A stretch of DNA of 63,717 nucleotides, filler included, from Reticulomyxa filosa (taxonomy: Eukaryota > Protista > Foraminifera): the NCBI GenBank assembly GCA_000512085.1. It is 20 parts of 20 records of this genome, joined end to end, with 100 filler letters (N's around TTAATTAATTAA, not from the genome) between each part and the next. Parts side by side here need not be neighbours in the genome. Positions count along the whole stretch, not along the records: positions 1 to 1,593 come from ASPP01036808.1; positions 1,694 to 3,907 come from ASPP01048721.1; positions 4,008 to 5,397 come from ASPP01038727.1; positions 5,498 to 8,366 come from ASPP01010500.1; positions 8,467 to 9,505 come from ASPP01020532.1; positions 9,606 to 11,345 come from ASPP01008146.1; positions 11,446 to 13,125 come from ASPP01005329.1; positions 13,226 to 15,217 come from ASPP01024872.1; 12 more parts are not named here. One strand, given 5' to 3'. Below the pieces are notes generated by a model, which searched no databases, was not told the origin of the DNA, and saw only the letters and a list, made by a program, of their open reading frames with translations. The translations under genes were made by a program, and so were the position numbers. Position 1 is the stretch's first letter; every line of letters begins with the position of its first letter. Below are positions 1 through 13,272 of this stretch, piece after piece.

Positions 1-26
1 ATTAAATATACAAAAATAAAACTAAC

Positions 27-662
27 CTGTTGTAATTGAATAGTTTGTTTCATAGATTGGAATAATCGAATAACTAAATCAAAATGTTGTTGTATATTTT
101 CAATCAAATGATCTTTTAAACTGTGTCTAAGACATAAATAATTACAACCAAATGGTTTAAACCAACAATTAATTAATTGCAATGGACATTCATTATTTAA
201 ATGGCCATACAAATTTTTTAATTTTCCTTTGAAATTACATTTAATCTCTCCAGGTGCTTCTCCTTCATTTTCTGTTTTATTTGATGTTTTTGATTCTTGT
301 TCAAATTGTCTTATGCATATCACTGATAAATCACCAATATATCTTCTGGCTGTGTTGTCTCTGGAATAAAGACAATTATCATGTGATTGAATTGGACAAG
401 AATTATTGTTGTTTTTAAGGAATAGTTCCATACAATGCTCTCCAACGATCAAAGATTCATCCATACTTGCATGTTGTGGGCATTCTAATATCATTGCATT
501 GTTTGCAATTTGTCTGCAAATCAAACAAATGAAATGTCTTATGTATTCTTCTTGATGAAACTGTAAAATCCAGTCTTTGTTAAAGCATGAAGATTCAACA
601 GGAAGAGAAATTACTTCATTCTTTACTTCATCTTTTGGAATTCTTTCGTTCACTTGTTTCAT
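27..662 (-). CDS. RING-variant / TRAF-type zinc-finger protein, exon 1 (continues past the window edge)
   Basis: Hand translation from ATG 662: [10 protein letters not shown]...CFNKDWIL...[21 protein letters not shown]...IVGEHC...SCPIQSH...[46 protein letters not shown]...QLQQ, followed by a CAG|GTTAGT donor at 27/26. It is missing from the ORF track because the frame has no stop before the edge. Confidence 0.85.
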
Positions 663-1593
663 TATCTTTTTTTAATGTATTGCTAATGCGAAAATCAAAG
701 TTAAAAAAAAAAAATGTTTCTTCGAAGGAAGCCTTTTTTTATTTTTAACAAAGAACAAAGAAAAGCTGATAAAAACATACAAGTGTAAAATGAATGGGCC
801 AATTATTTTAAAGAAAAGCTCTATTTTGATAAGCAGATATTAAACAAGAAAAAGTTCTGAAACAGCAGTTATTTTCATTCATACTTCTGTGCTGCTTCAC
901 TGATAATTCTTTACAATTTTTTTTCTATTTTTCTTCAAATAATTCAAATTTTTTTTCTCCCATTTTCGCAAAAAAAATTTTCCCAGGTTGCGCAAGTGAA
1001 CGCAAGAAGTTCATCCATTTTTTTGTGTGAAGTGCAAAAGATTGTTATTGCTCCTTTTTGAAATTTTTCTATAACGTGCAATCCTTATACGTTATTTCTA
1101 AACGTATCTTTACTCATAGTTTTGCTTGAGCATACACTTTTACTCGACAAACAAAGAAAATCTTTCCCATCATGTTTGGATTTGTGCACGCTTCTCACGT
1201 TTTTTTCTTTGGTTAAATTATCTTCCTTTGCGAAATACATACATTTTATGTCCATTCGCGTACTGTGTTTCATCCATGCTTGTTGAAATATTTATCAAAG
1301 AGTTGGGATTATTATAACATTCTCATAAGTACATTTCATGCTTGGCTCTGTTCCAAGCGCCCTGTGCACAGCTGCACGTAGCAATTCAAAATATTCGCCT
1401 TTCAACACTTCCATTGTAAAAACTACTCTTTTTGCGTGTGTTGTAATCGCTAAAAAAACAAAAGTCTTTGTCTTTTTGCTTCCTTTTTTCCTCTATTCTC
1501 GAATTTTTGGCTTTTATTGAATCTTTATGAAAACAATTTAAGCTGAAGTGGGTGTGCAATTAAACCGATGTAAACAAATCAATATTACAAGTT

Positions 1594-1693
1594 NNNNNNN
1601 NNNNNNNNNNNNNNNNNNNNNNNNNNNNNNNNNNNNNTTAATTAATTAANNNNNNNNNNNNNNNNNNNNNNNNNNNNNNNNNNNNNNNNNNNN
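1594..1693. other. Artificial contig-joining spacer (N44-TTAATTAATTAA-N44), first of 19
   Basis: The same 100-nt spacer, with a core that has stops in all six frames, starts at 1594, 3908, 5398, 8367, 9506, 11346, 13126, 15218, 16615, 30911, 32420, 34580, 40154, 43022, 48671, 50314, 54114, 61125 and 62547. Genes are truncated at its edges. Confidence 0.98.
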
Positions 1694-1989
1694 TTTTGTA
1701 AATACAAACAATTGTTATGTGGTTCAATTGGACAAGAATTTGGGTTCTGCTTAAGAAACTGTTTTAAGCAATTCTCTCCGACAATTAATGTTTCGTTCAT
1801 GTTTTCGTGTTGAGGGCAACCAATCTCCATTGGATTGTTGGTTACTTGTTTACAAATTAAACAAATAAAATCGTTAATATCTTCTTGCTGGTTCAGTTGT
1901 AAAACCCAATTTTTGTCAAAGCAAGCCTTCTGTTGAGGAACTAACTTCAGAGTAGTCTTCGTACTCTCTTTGCTTTTTTCCTCTTCCAT
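1694..1989 (-). CDS. RING-variant / TRAF-type zinc-finger protein, N-terminal part (paralog of 27-662)
   Basis: CFDKNWVL...[21 protein letters not shown]...[11 protein letters not shown]...SCPIEPH aligns motif by motif with the 27-662 protein. Truncated by the spacer. Confidence 0.85.
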
Positions 1990-2614
1990 CTTACGCAGTT
2001 TTTTTTTCTTTACACTTCTTTTTGCTTCTTGATTTCTTATTTCTTTATGTATATGAATTGATTAAGAGTTTTTTTTTTGAAGTTTTATTGAACTAGAGAA
2101 TTTTTGCGGTGAACCACTTTAATTTTTTTTTTTTGAACAAAAACTACTCCATTTGAAAAAATTTGTATCACATAGTTCTTTTTACTTAAAATAAAATATA
2201 TTCTAAATACTGAAATCATGAGAAGTAGATAAAACATTTATTGTTAAAGTCAAAACAATTACAAACACATTTGCTCTTATTTAAATAATCTTGTTTTCTT
2301 GTTTAACTGTTTCCAAATAATGTAAAGGTTCAAGTAAAAAAGTTGGTGCACCAATAAATGGGGAGTTCACAAAAATTAGTTTGTTGACTGCTTCGTCATT
2401 ACGAAGTGTTAAAGAATAATGATATTTGTGCTGTTTTTGCAATAACTGATATCCTTTCCATTTGTTCAAAATAAATCTTTTTTAATAAAAAATAAATAAA
2501 AAGTAAAATTATGCAACAACAAAATGAAGCAATGTTAAGATCAATGGAAATAAAGATGAACAACCAAAATTAAGAGCATCTGGAATTTTATATATTGCTT
2601 TTGTATTTGAAATA

Positions 2615-2670
2615 ATTTGATCCATCCTAATTTAATCTTTAAAGTTCAAATTCAATTATGAATGACATAT
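2615..2670 (-). pseudogene. Decayed 'WIRTLKIKLGWI' module fragment
   Basis: Reads YVIHN*I*TLKIKLGWIK. The two stops sit where the intact copy at about 54050-54113 has W (TGG) and R (CGA). Confidence 0.6.
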
Positions 2671-3355
2671 TTTATTTCATTATTTGACTGTTTATTATTT
2701 GTTATGATACATTCGTTTACTCCACTTGCATAAAAAAAAAATAAGAGTTAGGTAGTATATTAATGTTTCAAATAGAAAAAAAGAAAAAGCTGAACAACCT
2801 TGTCTGTCACAACAAAGATTGAGTAGAAACGTCGAATAAACAAAGCAAATTAATACGTCTGTAATGTCTATTATGCAAAACAATGCAATGGAATTAACTC
2901 CAAGAAGATGCACTGATAGTTGGTGAACAAGCAATGTTCTGTTGGGAAACATGATATTTGCAATTACGTGAAAGGGAGAACTGCAAGTAAAGCTATTTGT
3001 AACTTAAAAGTGATTTGGCCTAGACAATTCATGAAACGTCCCAGTCAAAAAGAAGAAAATCAAATATCAAAATAAATTTTGACGTTGAGTCTGCTTGCTT
3101 CCTTTTTCTTTTTCTTGAACTTATTATCTTCAAACAGGTGAGCAAAGATGTTAATTGCTTAAAATAATGCAAATTGATACCAAAAAATTATTAAGTTACC
3201 CACGTATTTGTTACAAAAAATCAAAAATAGTATTTACTAATAGCATATTCAACAAATTTCAATTGAGTCATTTAAATTTGAAATCTGTCATTAATTTTTT
3301 TTAATTAAAGGGTTCGTAAAGTTCAAGTGGCAAAATTGATAATAAAAAAACAAAC

Positions 3356-3907
3356 ATGATTACAACTCTCAAAAGAGCTGGTCTTAGGCAAGGAAAGCCA
3401 AACAAGAGACCAATCTGGAACCTCATTCCATGTGTTCTCATTAGACGACTTCGTCAACCCAACACACATCAAGTCAGACTGAACGAACAGCATCAAAGGG
3501 ATCAGTACAAAAAAAAGCTAAAGGGACAACAGGGTGCATTATTAAAAACAACGTCATCTCCTGAATCAAGACATGAACGATCATTAATTCAGAAAATGGA
3601 ATCTGATAAAGAAATTATTCAATATCTCAAGGAAAGTTCATCTCAAGATACGTCTCTATATGCTGCAGCTGTTAAGAAATGTTCAGAATTAAAATGTCCT
3701 AATTCAATCATTCGAATTATTCAAATTGTACAAAACAAACATATCCATCCAGATATCATATTTTACAATATGCTTTTACATCATTTATGCATTTGGGATA
3801 AATTTGATTTACAAAAACATTACTTTCAACAATGGTTTGAAGAACAACAAGATCAAACTAATTATCAATTGTTGGTTCCTGATATCATTACATTTAATAC
3901 GATGATC
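3356..3907 (+). CDS. Pentatricopeptide-repeat (PPR) protein, 5' part
   Basis: PPR-like starts SLYAAAVKKC, PDIIFYNMLLHHL and PDIITFNTMI at roughly 35-45 aa spacing. The basic N-terminus is compatible with organelle targeting. Truncated by the spacer. Confidence 0.75.
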
Positions 3908-4007
3908 NNNNNNNNNNNNNNNNNNNNNNNNNNNNNNNNNNNNNNNNNNNNTTAATTAATTAANNNNNNNNNNNNNNNNNNNNNNNNNNNNNNNNNNNNN
4001 NNNNNNN

Positions 4008-4042
<35 letters not shown>

Positions 4043-5350
4043 CGACAGCAAAACACAATGCATCCCTTTCCGACAGGGATGCAGCTCGTCGATATCGTGT
4101 ATTGTTCATTGACGTATGCCGGACCCTCCGAGTGCTTGAATGGGCTGCAAAGCTTTGTCCGGTTTGTCGAAGATGATGCAGAGGAAAAGAAAACAAATTC
4201 ATCCATTCGATTGAAGATCTTCCAAGTTCAAAATGGATTCACGACCGAAGTGTCTTCGCTGTCCTCCTCTTCCTCCTCTAATTCCATCACTTTTGCTGTA
4301 GACACAAGCGTAAAAGTCCATGTTGTCATTCAAGTCAACAACAATCCTTTACATTCAGACAAGCCAGATAACCAAACAAAACACTGCTGGACTTCCATTC
4401 TGGCCGAAGTCGAATTCTTTGTCGGCGCTTTAAAGTCCAAAATTAAACAAAAAAAAGCCTTGCTCCACATTCAAAACTTGCACTCTTTTTATCAAAGGTC
4501 CTCAGCTCTTTCCCAACGGCAATGCTCTTTCCCTTTTCAAGTCCAGATGGCTGCGACCAACAACTCTCTTCTCTACTTGTTTTTGCATCATCCACCTCGT
4601 CTCACTGAACTTTTGGGGCGTTCTGACGTTAAGTTTTTTTTTTTTTAAAATTATTATTATTATTTTTAAAAATTATTATTATTATTAAAACCCAAAAAAT
4701 CTGTGAATGATCTGCATTGCCCCGTGGGATATATGTGGGAAATAGCTGCAATGGAATTTACTTAGTGAATTGGTATACACGAAACGAACGCACTTGCTGG
4801 AGTATGTGTTCCAAGCGCAGCCAGAGCACGTGTTGAGAACCGCACTTGGCATGCCTTACGAGTATATTGGACCCGTGCGCAAGTCCACAGTTTCTCGAGA
4901 CTGGCCTCTGTTCCATGTCCTCCTCACCACGACCAACGTGGCCACACGGATCTTGCCACAAATTCGGCAGCGCAATGTGTTGACGTCGTCGTGGTTCAAA
5001 CAATATTATGTTTCGTTTGTCTTATCTACTTAGAAGAACATGTGCACCACTTTTTAAAAAAAAAATATATATATATATTTGTTTATACAAAAAAAAAAAA
5101 AAAAAGCCACCAAATTTATTTTTGGAAGCAGTGAGCACGTGCGACAGACAAGTGTTCTTTAAGGAGGTAATGAAGATCATTCCAACAGAGGTGCATACGC
5201 ATTATTGGAGGAACGAACAGTGGAACAAGAAACCCATGGTGTACAACTTCATTTCGCAAACTTGCGATCCATACGTTTTCCAAGACTATTGGACTGCTAT
5301 TGCGGACAGCACGCTTCAGGACCCATGGACCGACCCCTCTTGTCAAGTTC
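4008..5350 (+). CDS. Hypothetical multi-exon protein (fragment)
   Basis: Three successive plus-strand coding-like segments (about 4008-4630, 4746-5009, 5107-5347) are separated by GT..AG AT-rich introns. No motif recognised. Confidence 0.5.
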
Positions 5351-5497
5351 ATTTTCCTTTTTTTTTTTTTTTTTTTATAAAAAAAAAAAAAAAAAAANNN
5401 NNNNNNNNNNNNNNNNNNNNNNNNNNNNNNNNNNNNNNNNNTTAATTAATTAANNNNNNNNNNNNNNNNNNNNNNNNNNNNNNNNNNNNNNNNNNNN

Positions 5498-5502
5498 ATA
5501 TA

Positions 5503-5536
<34 letters not shown>

Positions 5537-5670
5537 TTTTATGTGTGCGTATGTAAATTTGCATACATATATACACATATACACATATATATACATATAT
5601 ATATATATATATAAATATACATAAATATTTATATATATATATGTATGCATATGTATGTATGTGTGTAAAT
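5498..5670. repeat. (AT)n / (ATAC)n / poly-T low-complexity intronic tract
   Basis: Directly visible. Similar simple repeats lie at contig ends: (AAC)n 4008-4043, (GAT)n 8467-8487, (TTG)n 40127-40153 and (AAT)n 43122-43143. Confidence 0.9.
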
Positions 5671-5675
5671 AATAG

Positions 5676-6854
5676 ACATTCATAGCGTATGCAAAGTGAT
5701 GCATTTAGACTTGAAGCCGAATAACATAATGATAAATTGGTACAAAACGACAAGTGTGGAAAAGGATACGTACAAACTAGTAAAGCTGGACAACCCTCGA
5801 GTAACGTTGATCGACTTTAGTGTGAGTACGAAGGCGCCTCGCGACGCGGATTTGGACGACTACCCTTGTCGGGGCAACTACGGGACGAGGAGATATCGCG
5901 CCCCGGAAATGATTTTCAATGGCACTTGGAACCGGTCCATCGACACCTTTGCCTTGGCGCTTATCGTGTTGGAGTGCGTCAACGCCACCCGCCTTTTGGA
6001 AAACAAGTACCGCGACCAAAATGGACGGCGCTTCCCACGCCGAAAAGACCGAAAGGGCAGAAAAGTCCACGAGCAAAGAGAAATCGTGGACTACATTGTT
6101 CGAATGGCCAAAACGTTTTTAGGGAAACCCTCCCTGCAGTACTTACACTCACGTTTGCTTTTTTTTTTTTTTTTTTTTTTTTTTTTGAGAAAATAGGGTC
6201 CATGACAAAAGTTCATCTTTACACACACAAAAAAAAAAAAAAAAAAATAATAATAAATGAAAATAATAAGTGGAAGAAGAGTTTCAACCATTTGTGAAAG
6301 ACGCAACCAACTTACCTGACGCTGAACAAAAAGAAAGCAATAGCAATAGCAATAGCAATATCGATGATAACGACAATGAGATTCAAGAGAACTTACCATT
6401 ATCTCCAAAGTCGTTTGGACAACGGATAGCGAATGAGAATATTGGCAACCCGTGCTTCACTCCAGTGCATTCGTATATGTTTGATCACGGACCGACCTTG
6501 TCTGATGTGCATCAGTCGCAAATGCACGTGTCTTCCAAGGAACAACTGATCGTGAGCTTCTTGAATGCGTATAAGCCCTTTATTCAGCACCAGCTTGTAT
6601 CCAACAGCGATCTTTCGCGATTGCAACGTCTTCAACACGCTCTCCATCAAGTCCTGGTCTGGGACCCTTCGCAACGAGCCACGCCCGAATTGCTCCTCCT
6701 GCAACACTTTCAACACGAAAGAGACTCGCTGCTCTCTTATCTGTTCTCTGCACAAGAACTCACACAGCTGCAAGTCGATGGGTTCAATGATCTGCACATT
6801 CACACCGTTGCCAAAACCCAAATTCAAACTCTCAATGCCACATGTTATTTGTAG
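5676..6854 (+). CDS. Ser/Thr protein kinase, CMGC (CLK/DYRK-like), C-terminal part
   Basis: HLDLKPNNIM catalytic loop, LIDFS (DFG position), GTRRYRAPEMI, SIDTFALALIVLE and VLVWDPSQRAT. Intron 6153-6270 (GT..AG) keeps the frame. Confidence 0.85.
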
Positions 6855-7564
6855 TCCGTCTTGTATTTAAAATATATATGCATATATATATACACACACA
6901 TGTATATATGAGTATATATATATATATATATTTATATAAATTTTTTTTTTTGTTGTTGTTTATTTTGGTATTGTTTTTTTTTTTTTTTTTTTTTTTTTAA
7001 ATGACTTGTGTGAATTAAGACGAAAGTCGAATAACCATGGATGAGAAGAAACAAAAAGAAAAGGATGTCTTGCAGACACAAACTTAACCTTACCTCGCTT
7101 CACTTTATCACTCAAAACATACAAACTTGTCTTATGTAATTTTAATGCTTGATCACCTTGCCAACTCCAAGCCACAACTTTACCAAGATACGTTATGTTC
7201 TAATCATTCGACCCTTGCGTTCTGTTTTCTGGAACACATTCATCACACACTGACTTAATTTCTTAGATCTTTGTTGTTGTTCTCTTTAGTTATTATTGCC
7301 TTTTTCAATTTCGAAGCAAAAGAATCCAATCACTTGTTCCGAAATTAGTGCTTTTTTCCTCGATCTCCCTTGCTTCCATCTAATTGTCGGCCTGCTTGAT
7401 TTTTTTTTTTTGGGATGCAATGAAAGTCTATCTTTTTTTATTTTGATTTTTTTTTCATTTTGAAAAAAGAACGCTATCACTTTCATTTACAATTGCATTC
7501 GATCATTCATTAGTGGCAAGTTCAATAGTGTTTCTGACCAAGATTTTATTGGACGTCACCTTCG

Positions 7565-8326
7565 ATGAGCGTTGACTTAAATACAAAAGAAATGGACCAT
7601 TCTGGGCAACAATTTATAAGTTGCAGTGCCCAAGTCGGGCAATATGTGCAGCCGTCGAATGTCGTGTCAGCAGCGGTATCGTCCCGGCCGTTGTCAGGGC
7701 ACACGGCTACGAGCGCTTCGGACCCTAACCCACATTTGAATTTTTTATTGACCAACTTTTCCTCCTGTGGTTACTTTGCGTCTCGAGAGCCAGAGGGCGC
7801 GGTCCGGTGTATCTCTACCACTGAAAGGGTGTGGAAGCCACGTTTCAAATATCCTCACAAATTTTTGTCCAATACATTGCAAGGTACAGTTGAAAACTGA
7901 GCCGACCACTAAAATTTTACATTCTGGGGGGGGGGACCTTTTCTATTTTCTTAAAAAAAAAGAACAATCCTTCCCAATGTGGTTCATTTTTTATTTTTTT
8001 TTAATTGTACGGAAAATGAGTAGGTGCGGCAGTGGTATGTTATGACGAGAAAGATGGTGTGTCACGATGTGTAAAAGTGGGCATAAGGAGTTTGGTGGAG
8101 AAGCAGAAATCGGTGAAGCAAAGCCCGATATCGGAGAACTTTATACGAGAGCAGCTGTTGCTGAAGAAGATGTGTGAGATGAAAGATTGTCCAAATACAA
8201 TCAGCAAATATATTTGCCATTGGGAAAGCAGCCTCTTTTACTATTTGGCCACCGAGTATTGCACCGGGGGAAATCTATTTCATTACATGGTGCATGTTTT
8301 GCACTCTCATCCAAAATTTCAACCTA

Positions 8327-8366
<40 letters not shown>
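7565..8366 (+). CDS. Protein kinase N-lobe (CAMK-like), 5' part
   Basis: Splicing out 7884-8023 (GT..AG) gives LSNTLQGAAVVCYD...RCVKVG...ENFIREQLLLKKM...ISKYICHWE...YYLATEYCTGGNLFHYM, i.e. kinase subdomains I-V. Truncated. Confidence 0.75.
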
Positions 8367-8466
8367 NNNNNNNNNNNNNNNNNNNNNNNNNNNNNNNNNN
8401 NNNNNNNNNNTTAATTAATTAANNNNNNNNNNNNNNNNNNNNNNNNNNNNNNNNNNNNNNNNNNNN

Positions 8467-9505
8467 GATGATGATGATGATGATGATGAAGACACAGAGA
8501 AACAACATGACTATTCGTTTTATCGCAATTTACATTTGAGTGCGGTGCAATTGGAAGACCGCTATATTCGAACGGACGACTTCCTCGAGGCTTTGAAGGT
8601 CGTGCAACCCTCGGCTCGGCGAGAAGGGTTTGCCACGATCCCGGATGTCTCGTGGGACGAAATTGGGGCGCTCGACGAAGTTCGCAAAACAATGCAGCGC
8701 GAAATTATCGATCGCATTTCGTGCAAAACGCTGTATCGCATGTTCAAAGTCGACTCCGCTGCTGGAGTGTTGCTCTACGGGCCTCCTGGCTGCGGCAAAA
8801 CATTGCTGGCCAAAGCCGTCGCGTCTCAAAGTGGAGCCTCCTTCATTTCCATCAAAGGTCCGGAATTATTGAACAAATATGTCGGCGAGTCAGAAAGAGC
8901 TATTCGAACTGTTTTTGAAAGGTGGGTGTATATGAGAGAATCATACATGTATAGAATTTTTTTTTTCCTCTCTTCCCCCCCCCCCTTTTATGATTCAAAG
9001 GTTCAACTTGAATATATAAAAACACAAACTGCAAACAACACAATTAAGAGCTCGCTCGTCGCAACCATGTGTGGTATTCTTTGACGAGTTGGATGCCTTG
9101 GCACCCAAACGAGATAGTGACAGCAGTGGCAGCCATGTTTCGGAAAGAGTTGTCAATCAACTTTTGACGGAAATGGACGGAATTGAGTCGCGTGGGGACA
9201 TTTTTGTGATTGGTGCCACCAACAGAGCCGATATCATCGACGAGGCTTTGGTGAGGCCTGGAAGGCTTGGTAAGAAAATATACATCCCTTTGCCGGACAA
9301 AAATGGCAGGTTAGACATCTTACGGAAACAATGCAAGAGCTTACCTGTTGATGATGCACTTATTCAAAAACTCGCGGCAGATTCCAGATGTAATAGGTTT
9401 AGTGGTGCTGATTTATCCCAATTGGTCAGAGAAGCTTCCTTGGCTTTGATTGATGATTTGAGACATTCCATCATCTCCTCTTCTTCATCATCATCTTCTT
9501 CTTCT
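8467..9505 (+). CDS. NVL: NVL/Rix7 (nuclear VCP-like) AAA+ ATPase, D2 domain (fragment)
   Basis: VQPSARREGFATIPDVSWDEIGAL, Walker A GPPGCGKT, KGPELLNKYVGESERA, Walker B VVFFDE and SRH ATNRADIIDEALVRPGRL. Intron 8922-9048 gives FERARSSQPC. Confidence 0.9.
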
Positions 9506-9605
9506 NNNNNNNNNNNNNNNNNNNNNNNNNNNNNNNNNNNNNNNNNNNNTTAATTAATTAANNNNNNNNNNNNNNNNNNNNNNNNNNNNNNNNNNNNNNN
9601 NNNNN

Positions 9606-11100
9606 CTTCTTCTTCTTCTTCTTCTTCCGCATCTGCATCCGCATCTGTTCCTGCTCCTGCTTCTGCTTCTTCAACTCCTTCTTGCCCCCGTGTGGTAGTG
9701 CCTACAGCGACTTGGAAACGAGCTCTCGGCCCATTGTTTCCATAGTTGGTCGTAGGGTTGGATGTCTTGGCACTGATCCTCCTGGCCTGCAAAGGGTTTC
9801 GTTTGGACGACACATCGCTGCCGCTGTCGCCAGCGGCCGGCATGTCGAACAGCCCCTTAATGCTCGTTTCCGAGCGATACTTGCTGTGGAACTTTATTGG
9901 CGTTATCGTGGATCGTTGCAAGTACCCGTCCGATGAGCCATTCGGACCGTGATTGGGTTTAGTGAATGCATTTGTGACTTTTCATTTGATGATGATGATG
10001 ATGATGTCGATACGTTCTATTGTATATTTGTATAAAAGCAAACACAATACAATACAACACAACACAACACACACAATATAAGAATAAACAAAACTGGTTC
10101 TGATTTCTCTTTTTGGGGTTGGAGTGGTTTCTGGGGCAAATTTGACATGTATTCGGGTGTCTCTGGCATCGAAGAGGAGGAGGAATGATATGCTTGTGAT
10201 TGTGATTGTGATTGGATTGTGATTGCGATTGCGATTGCGATTGCTGTGCACGAACTGAAAAAAGTGTGACAGAAGTCGGGCCGTTCGTTTGCTTGTTGGG
10301 TTTGACCTAGCGTTTCTCGCATATTGATGCTTAGGAGTGCGGCCGGCTTGCAGCTGTGTGAACGACCGAGACGCCGGACTGGATTTATTGTCCCCTGTCG
10401 GCTTGAGGATCGACTTTATTGAAATTGGGTTTTGATTCTCGGGAGCTTTTTTTCGTGCTTGCAGTTGTGCAAACATTGTTGCAATCAAGTCTGAGCATTT
10501 CCAACACAACCTCTTCAATTTTAATAGTGCCACAAAGTTAAAAACAAAACAAAACAAAACAAAACTCTCTCTAGTGCCCTCCTGCGGTAAAGCAAATGGT
10601 TTGTTGTCCTGGAAACTAATCAAGGGTTGAGCTAATCCATGTTCAATCAATCGATCAATCCATCAATTTATTTCATATATTCATATAAATAAATAATAGT
10701 AATATATATATATATACATATATATGTATATATGTATATATTTATTTATTATTTATTTATTTATTTATTATTATAACACAAATGAAGGAAGAAACACTTG
10801 AAACAAAACTTCTTGTTCGGCTATGGCGTTTGGGAACTTGGTTTCGAACAAGACGCTGTTTTGGCTCGGGCACATGTTGTTGCACAAGTGGCTCGTTTCG
10901 TAGCTGTTTGTCCACGCGTGGAACGTTTGGAGTGACTTTGGGAGTGTTTTTTTTGTGGATGGCGCCGTGCAGAGATTGCGAAATGCGCCATCCTCGTTCT
11001 TCGATCACATCGCCGGTGATCGATGTATCCAAGTATGGATGCTGATACGTTTTCAGAAAAGAGGCACGCTGCGAGGGAAATGTGTCATTCCCGTTGCCTT
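9606..11100 (-). CDS. Hypothetical low-complexity protein(s), multi-exon
   Basis: Several GC-richer minus-strand open segments are separated by AT and microsatellite tracts. No domain recognised; boundaries uncertain. Confidence 0.35.
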
Positions 11101-13228
11101 TCGTGTGGTTTTCGTTACTTAAACTGGCATCCACAATCAAAACAAAAACCAAAAAAAAAGAAAAAAAAAAAGAGGGAGGGAGTGGAATCGATTTGCATGG
11201 TAATAAAGCAAATATGTTATTTCTGTGTTTTGTATGAGAATGAGCTAAACATTGCATTCGTTTGTGCATTTGGATTGCGGCCAAATTCGTCGTCCAAATC
11301 TAAGTCTAATTCATCTTCATCTTCGTCTTCACATGCACACACACANNNNNNNNNNNNNNNNNNNNNNNNNNNNNNNNNNNNNNNNNNNNTTAATTAATTA
11401 ANNNNNNNNNNNNNNNNNNNNNNNNNNNNNNNNNNNNNNNNNNNNTTTTTTTTTTTTTATCTAGCATCATTCTTGTTAATCCTTCTTTTTAAAGTTTAGA
11501 AATGTAATTTTTATATTCCCGTATTGTTGAAGAAATGCCAATCATGAAGGTAGTTTTAAGTTTTAAAAACAATTATCATTATATTTTTTTTTTAATCATT
11601 AAATTTTTTTTCATCTTGAAATAACTTTTTTATATTAATGTCAATTTATTCATTTTTTGTCAATTCTCTGAACAATACCAAGATACTCAATTTGAAAAAA
11701 ATATATTCACTTTCAAAAGTTTTTACCAATAGAATTCAATCTTCGAGTAAATCTACATTTTCGATTTTGCGTTTTCTTTTGTCTTATTAACAGTTATCCT
11801 CAATCACATACTATCAATATCTCTAAATCTTTTTTGTGACATATCAATAATGTCACTTTGTGTTTTTTTGGAAGAACTCATAATTAAACAAAAAAACAGA
11901 AACGAAAAAATGTCAAAAACGTTTTCAAAAAAAAGATACTTCTCAAAACAAAACTTGCAGCTTCCAAATGAATATTGTGTCTTTCCAAAATTAGTCAAGT
12001 TTTTCTCAATTGAAAGATAGTGGATCAAAAGAAACCGCTAATGAAAATTAAACCACTTTTTTCTTTCACGTTTTGTATTTATCAACCAAAAGATCAATTT
12101 CTTTGTTCTTTTTTGGAAAGTGTTAAAATGCGGTTTAGCGTGTAAAAGCAATAATAAAATTGGTTATTCAAACACATTTTTGAAATATGAATATACCTTG
12201 AAAAGTCAAGAAGATCAAAAAGTATATTTATTTTCAAACCAACACATACACAAAATTTCTGTTTTCAAGACATTTTCAACTTCACAGTTCGCTTACAAAT
12301 GACCGTACACTCCAGTATTTTATCACACATTCGTATCCATCTTTTTCTTCATTCACACAAAAAAATGTAACCTAAAGGTCAAGGATCTGTCGTTTGCAGT
12401 GCCTTCAATGCTCCAAATAAGTGCCAAGCAGAAACACCATGCTCAATGCAATGCGAACTGAGAACACAGTTAAGTTTCAGTGGAAAGAAAAAACATGCCA
12501 AATGTATGCGCATTTGTATACCAATTGTATGTTAAGAACATGGACTATTTCAATTCAAGACAATAATCTTGATCATTTTGAGCTAGATACAGCACTATCA
12601 CGAAGACGCTCTTCGTACGCGTTTTTCACTCTTAATTTTCAGTCGCAAAAGCATAAGAACACTGAATCAAATATCGAGACGTAGTAATTTGAAATGCATT
12701 CAATAGTGAGCGCCTTTGAAAGAAAAAAAGCGTTTTTAACGGCGCAAACGCTTAGAGTTTTTTGGCTTGTTCCCCTCTCGCTTCTAGAGAATTTATAATT
12801 AAAAAAATTTTTAAAGTCTCTATTTGCTCAAAGTTGAATTACTTTTTATTGTTTCAGTTTTCTCTCTCTTTCAAACAAATGAAAACCATGTTGAATGAAA
12901 TGACCCCAAAAGGGGCTGATTCCGTTTTTAAAATTTTTTTACATGTAATGCCTTGCCAGGTAACAGTTCCAAAAGAGTCCAAGTTGAAATGTCCCCCAGC
13001 TAATGATTTAACTTAACGTTGTTGTCCTTTCTTAGTGTATTGTTGGTTACGACTTGTTGTTCTTTTGTTCGTACTGTCTTAAACATAATTCATTTACAAA
13101 TTTATAGCCATCAAATTATCTAAAANNNNNNNNNNNNNNNNNNNNNNNNNNNNNNNNNNNNNNNNNNNNTTAATTAATTAANNNNNNNNNNNNNNNNNNN
13201 NNNNNNNNNNNNNNNNNNNNNNNNNTCA

Positions 13229-13272
13229 TAATATATGTTTTAGGCGTTCAGTTTTCTTTGCAACCTACTGTA
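13229..13272. mobile_element. Probable Tc1/mariner-type terminal inverted repeat end plus TA target dinucleotide (copy 1)
   Basis: ATATGTTTTAGGCGTTCAGTTTTCTTTGCAACCTACTG-TA matches 34684-34723 at 39/40 nt, and the similarity stops right after ACTG-TA. The reverse complement reads TA-CAGTAGG..., the canonical Tc1/pogo end. Confidence 0.65.

Noticed and set aside
165-178. Palindrome CAATTAATTAATTG resembling the linker core
   Set aside because: It lies in-frame within the RING/TRAF exon (QLINC) and is expected by chance in AT-rich DNA.
11446-13125. Possible gene or transposase relic
   Set aside because: Only short ORFs and no recognisable motif; I cannot support a call.
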